From positions 23,994,001 through 24,058,000 of the forward strand of contig OZ024755.1 of NCBI GenBank assembly GCA_964016885.1: a stretch of 64,000 bases of DNA, written 5' to 3'. Below, in pieces: positions 63,013 to 64,000 of the stretch. Each line of letters begins with the position of its first letter. Position 1 is the first letter of the stretch. The position numbers and the translations under genes are program-made. This DNA is from Eledone cirrhosa (taxonomy: Eukaryota). Below the pieces are notes generated by a model that worked only from the letters and a program-made list of their open reading frames with translations, did no database searches and was not told where the DNA came from.

Positions 63013-63260
63013 AGCATACTATTTATTACATATGATGTTTATTCATGATGTATAGTTTTTTTACACCTTTCCATACAAACACACCTGTTACAAGATAAAT
63101 ACATACACATGTAAATGTTAACATATTCACATTCATACTTTTAATATGTCTACATTCATAAACATATATATGTATTCACATTTAGGGCTTGATTTATTGG
63201 AGGCTGTAGGGTAAATGCCCTGGGATATAGTTTTGGAAATGTTATATATATATATATATA

Positions 63261-63359
63261 TGTCCCAAAAGAATGTATACACACTTTGATTATCTATACA
63301 GGCAATATTTATTAGAATGCTGCTGAAGTGTGTATACATTTTTTTGGGGACACCCTGTA
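63261..63359. mobile_element. Tc1/mariner-type foldback MITE
   Basis: TGTCCCAAAAGAATGTATACACACTT ... AAGTGTGTATACATTTTTTTGGGGACACCCTG-TA. Confidence 0.8.
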
Positions 63360-63729
63360 TCATCATCATCATCATCATCATCATTTTATGTCTGCTTTTC
63401 CCTGCTTGCATTATATATATCAATCCAATCAAATCAAATCCAGGGCCTTCTCACTCCTGAATATTCTTTTTAGAATAGCCGAATAATTTCCAGCTACCAT
63501 ATATTGATAGTAGTAAATTGATTAGCAAATAAAAGTAATGTTTGGATTTAGACTCATACATAAGTATGCACTGATGGGTGTGGATGCATTTGTAAACAAA
63601 GATATATGTAGGAAAATTATATAAATACATATACATTTACTTGCATACATTTTCATATAGACACACACAAGCATATACATATATACACATATACATTCAA
63701 TAAACATATGCCTGAAATTTTTAGATTGT

Positions 63730-63920
63730 ATATGGATGGCTCCTGTGAATGGAATGTTAAAGAGGAGTATAGAGTAGTATCACCTGTATAAGAGACCGTG
63801 AGAGAAGGATGAGTGTGTGAAACAAACAAACATTGATGTACATCAGAATTAGTAGAGTCTGGTATACAGTGGGCCCCTCCTACTCCATCAGTACATACTG
63901 CAATGAAGCAGTTTTTTGAA
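63730..63920 (-). mobile_element. CR1/Jockey-type LINE RT fragment, decayed
   Basis: Minus strand ..LMYIN.. and SYTGDTTLY (YADD motif remnant). Confidence 0.55.
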
Positions 63921-64000
63921 TGAAACAGTCTAACAAAAAATTGCTAATACAAAGTATGAGACACAGTGGAGGCTATAGGGTAATAGCATAGCATGACTGG

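Overview
AT-rich, repeat-saturated eukaryotic intronic/intergenic DNA. The SINE, LINE and microsatellite landscape looks like an octopod cephalopod (inference from repeat style, not verified). There is a 200-N assembly gap at 19675-19874. No intact gene is present. One credible host coding exon lies on the minus strand (54939-55050); most ORFs in the track come from microsatellites or repeats. Content: more than 25 copies of a ~190-bp tRNA-derived SINE, several CORE-like SINEs, decayed RTE/CR1/Tx1/CRE-like LINE fragments, a mariner remnant, a ~220-bp TTAA-flanked piggyBac-type MITE (about 12 copies, several carrying nested hAT MITEs or SINEs), and many simple repeats. The main hidden signal is a set of short non-coding modules in or beside (TA)n tracts, often arranged as long foldbacks. 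They fold by eye into type I hammerhead ribozymes (CUGANGA...GAAA...UH). At least five unrelated sequence families are represented, including minimal dimer-type forms and one with a compensatory U3-A8 core. Several share a 3' terminal motif. This points to Penelope-like pLTR or retrozyme-type mobile ribozymes. All folds were done manually and none has been tested.
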